NCBI GenBank assembly: GCA_000004985.1
Contig: GG739585.1
Reading direction: 5' to 3' (one strand)
Length of the DNA stretch: 1,062 nt
Source of the DNA: Naegleria gruberi
Taxonomy: Eukaryota
Made by a program: the position numbers and the translations under genes. The notes beneath the pieces were generated by a model. That model was not told the origin of the DNA, searched no databases, and saw nothing but the letters and a program-made list of their open reading frames with translations. Shown piece by piece: positions 1-1,062 of the stretch (its first letter is position 1; each line of letters begins with the position of its first letter).

Positions 1-1
1 A

Positions 2-244
2 GATTTCATTCAAAATATGGTCAAAAAGGCCAATGTTGAAGCCTTCCATACAAGTCCCAATGTTGTCTAGGTTATTGAAGATGATAGGATAGTTTGAAAC
101 TTTATCGTGGTAACGATGATATTGAACAAATCTATGATATTCTTGTTGATATGGATGATTCTTCATGATGAAAATAAAATTAATAAATTGATGAATTGCT
201 TCCAAAATCCGTAATTGATGATAAAATTCTTTAAAATTAATCAT
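2..244 (-). CDS. Hypothetical protein, N-terminal part (about 81 codons). It starts at the ATG at 244..242 and continues beyond the left edge of the window. The sequence is His/Tyr/Gln-rich and I do not recognise a family.
   Basis: I translated the reverse complement by hand: MINFKEFYHQLRILEAIHQFINFIFIMKNHPYQQEYHRFVQYHRYHDKVSNYPIIFNNLDNIGTCMEGFNIGLFDHILNEI... There is no TAA, TAG or TGA in 81 codons, and in 68% AT DNA the chance expectation is roughly one stop per 13 codons. The ATG sits in an A(-3) context (ctcATCatgATT). It is the first Met after the upstream in-frame TAG at 268..266, and also the first Met after the TGA at 457..455 if TAG is read as sense. The gene is divergent from the plus-strand gene. 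It is absent from the ORF track, probably because it is truncated by the window edge and under the length cutoff. Confidence 0.45.
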   Translation of the reverse strand, partial: MINFKEFYHQLRILEAIHQFINFIFIMKNHPYQQEYHRFVQYHRYHDKVSNYPIIFNNLDNIGTCMEGFNIGLFDHILNEI

Positions 245-383
245 GATGAGTGGAGGTTCAAATTTCTAGCTATTACTCTTGTTTTTAAAATCGAAATTAA
301 ATTCACATGGTGACAGTGCTGTTAATTTTTTTGTTGTTGAAAATTTCCGCCACTCCAATATTTTTTAGCCGTTACCAAACAAA
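245..383. promoter_or_regulatory. Compact divergent intergenic and promoter region between the minus-strand ATG (244) and the plus-strand ATG (384). It should contain both 5' UTRs and the core promoters.
   Basis: It is 139 bp long, lies between two divergently oriented start codons, and has T-runs (tgttaatttttttgttgttgaaaattt, 320..346). No bacterial -35/-10 plus SD arrangement fits either start. Its boundaries depend on which start codons are correct. Confidence 0.3.
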
Positions 384-1062
384 ATGGCAAATAACAACTT
401 GTAAATCCTACTGAGAGGATTACCTGGTTCTGGGAAGGTTTGTTACCACAAAAGTCATCTTGAACAATTTGTGAACAACATTATTATCTAATAATTATAG
501 TCCTTCTTGTGTGATAAACTCATCCTTCTTCTCGATCAACATTTTCAACAACAAACTATTCATCATCGGAAGAAAACTTCAACCAATGATCAACAACATG
601 ATGAAGAATATTTAATTCTAAAACTAAGTAGGGATACACTCAGACATGAATTATTCTCCCCTATTGGTCCGAACTTTTCCAGTCAAGAGAAATCCTTCAT
701 TGATGATTTGATTGGTCAAAGCATTCACCATCTTCTCACCAACAATTATTCTAACAACAAGCAAGTTGTTATATTCATTGATGGAATGTGTTTTTCAACA
801 ATTTCATCTCTTGAAAAGTTTATTCGAATTGCAGAGAAGGAATCAATGGATTGGTTATTGGAATCTTTTGAAGAGCGTCATCTCCTAGTTATTGACAACA
901 ATACAACAAGCCTTGAATTACTTCCCATTGTGGAATGGTTGTTAACACAAAAAGAACAGCATTAATCTATTCAAATGTAAAGCCTTTATATAATCTATCA
1001 TTTAGAACATGAAGAAAGTAATGAGAGAAAGGATGAGGACAACCATAACATGACCACTCAAA
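384..1062 (+). CDS. Extended gene model under a TAA/TAG = Gln (ciliate-type, table 6) code. It encodes a P-loop (Walker A) nucleotide-kinase-like protein, starts at ATG 384, and is open at the 3' end, continuing past the window.
   Basis: ATG 384 is in the same frame as the 507..965 track ORF (123 nt = 41 codons upstream). The only in-frame stops between 384 and 1061 are TAA at 402, 489, 492, 963 and 978 and TAG at 498. There is no TGA in this frame anywhere from 222 to 1061 (about 280 codons). Reading TAR as Q, the translation is MANNNLQILLRGLPGSGKVCYHKSHLEQFVNNIIIQQLQSFLCDKLILLLDQHF... It then continues through the track ORF and on as ...TQKEQHQSIQMQSLYIIYHLEHEESNERKDEDNHNMTTQ to the window edge. 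The motif GLPGSGK(V) at 417..440 follows a short hydrophobic strand right after the initiator Met, which is the canonical architecture of small P-loop kinases. A Walker-B-like hhhhD (ILLLD, 516..530) follows. Counting TAR codons from ATG 384, TAR makes up about 6 of about 20 Gln codons (13 CAA, 1 CAG), a proportion typical of ciliates. The alternative is a standard-code pseudogene. Confidence 0.4.
507..965 (+). CDS. The stop-free core of the same gene in the standard code (the ORF-track call). The 5' end at TTG 507 is an ORF-finder artefact and not a credible start.
   Basis: An ORF of 152 codons has roughly a 1e-5 per-frame chance of being open at this composition (my estimate), so this is real coding sequence. 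Amphipathic, protein-like segments are visible (EEYLILKLSRDTLRHELF, KSFIDDLIGQSIHHLL, KQVVIFIDG, LEKFIRIAEKESMDWLLESFEERHLLVID). The track starts at TTG, immediately after TAG 498..500 and two sense codons. The first in-frame ATG is not until 786 (codon 94). No Shine-Dalgarno sequence precedes 507. The true boundaries are therefore not those of the track. Confidence 0.55.
   Translation: MCDKLILLLDQHFQQQTIHHRKKTSTNDQQHDEEYLILKLSRDTLRHELFSPIGPNFSSQEKSFIDDLIGQSIHHLLTNNYSNNKQVVIFIDGMCFSTISSLEKFIRIAEKESMDWLLESFEERHLLVIDNNTTSLELLPIVEWLLTQKEQH

Noticed and set aside
184-191. tAAATTGA, a 7/8 match to the Mimivirus early-promoter octamer AAAATTGA.
   Set aside because: It is an imperfect match, lies inside the minus-strand coding region, and is a single occurrence.
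252-256. GGAGG on the plus strand (agtGGAGGttc), a possible Shine-Dalgarno sequence.
   Set aside because: There is no ATG, GTG or TTG within 5 to 12 nt downstream. The only start codons nearby are upstream of it (ATGATG 243..248). On the minus strand the same bases read CCTCC, which is an anti-SD. It is a chance match.
361-368. Nematode-style 3' splice acceptor ttttttag, suggesting a C. elegans-like gene.
   Set aside because: All three frames downstream of it close within 6 to 15 codons in the standard code. Composition alone cannot distinguish taxa, and the stop-codon pattern favours a reassigned code instead.
404-421. Perfect 6-bp inverted repeat AATCCT-actgag-AGGATT, a candidate hairpin or palindromic operator.
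   Set aside because: Six-base arms with a 6-nt loop are expected a couple of times per kb by chance. It falls inside the proposed coding N-terminus (Q I L L R G L). There is no flanking T-run that would make it a terminator.
461-478. Direct repeat TGAACAA-tttg-TGAACAA with 11-bp periodicity, about 30 nt upstream of the track start. This is PhoB/OmpR-box-like geometry, and I could also fit a sigma70-like -35 TGAACA / 18 nt / -10 TATAGT (496..501).
   Set aside because: By my estimate a 7-mer recurring within 20 nt is expected about 3 times per kb at this composition. The implied TSS would fall on or after the TTG, giving a leaderless non-AUG start. In the preferred model this region is coding (L E Q F V N N).
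401-500. Spliced model: exon 1 ATG 384..400, intron GTAAAT (401) ... branch-like CTAAT (488..492) ... TAG (498..500), exon 2 from 501.
   Set aside because: Exon 1 would end in phase 2 while exon 2 must start in phase 0 to stay in the long ORF's frame. The join is out of frame and hits a TAA within about 35 codons. No alternative GT or AG nearby fixes the phase.
987-994. TATATAA (a TATA box) with an embedded TATAAT (-10 consensus), about 60 nt upstream of ATG 1050.
   Set aside because: Such hexamers are frequent by chance in 68% AT DNA. There is no properly spaced -35 (TTCAAA at 970..975 is only 13 nt away). The motif lies 22 nt after the track stop, inside what I think is coding read-through (Y I I).
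1-1062. A search for tRNA/rRNA-like structure, CRISPR-like spaced repeats, terminal inverted repeats or transposase motifs.
   Set aside because: I found none. The only repeats are short (7 to 9 nt) and explainable by chance or by coding (the NIG repeat). The window is too short and too gene-dense to hold a multi-gene system.

Overview
This 1062-nt window is AT-rich (about 32% GC by my hand count) and looks eukaryotic rather than prokaryotic. I found no Shine-Dalgarno sequence in front of either start. The coding is rich in Gln, Asn and His, with low-complexity stretches. I see no rRNA, tRNA, CRISPR array, insertion-sequence ends or recognisable defence or mobile system.

I can support two divergent genes:

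1. A minus-strand ORF starting at the ATG at 244..242 and running off the left edge of the window. It is 81 codons with no stop in any genetic code, and I do not recognise the product.
2. A plus-strand gene that is probably longer than the ORF-track call of 507..965. The track's start is a TTG sitting two codons after a TAG, so it is an artefact of the ORF finder.

The same reading frame is open from an ATG at 384 to the right edge of the window. Its only in-frame stops are TAA or TAG (402, 489, 492, 498, 963, 978). TGA is absent from this frame between 222 and 1061. Read with TAA/TAG = Gln (ciliate-type nuclear code, translation table 6), the N-terminus is MANNNLQILLRGLPGSGKV. That is the standard start of a small P-loop nucleotide kinase: a hydrophobic beta-strand followed by a Walker-A-like GxPGSGK. 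A Walker-B-like LILLLD lies about 30 residues further on.

My main finding is that this window is most simply explained by a stop-codon-reassigned eukaryote, probably a ciliate-like organism. Under that reading the plus gene is 384..>1062 and encodes a P-loop-kinase-like protein. The alternative is a standard-code pseudogene with four nonsense codons at its 5' end. I cannot tell these apart without tools, and both are described below. The two start codons are only 139 bp apart (245..383), so this is a very compact divergent promoter region.
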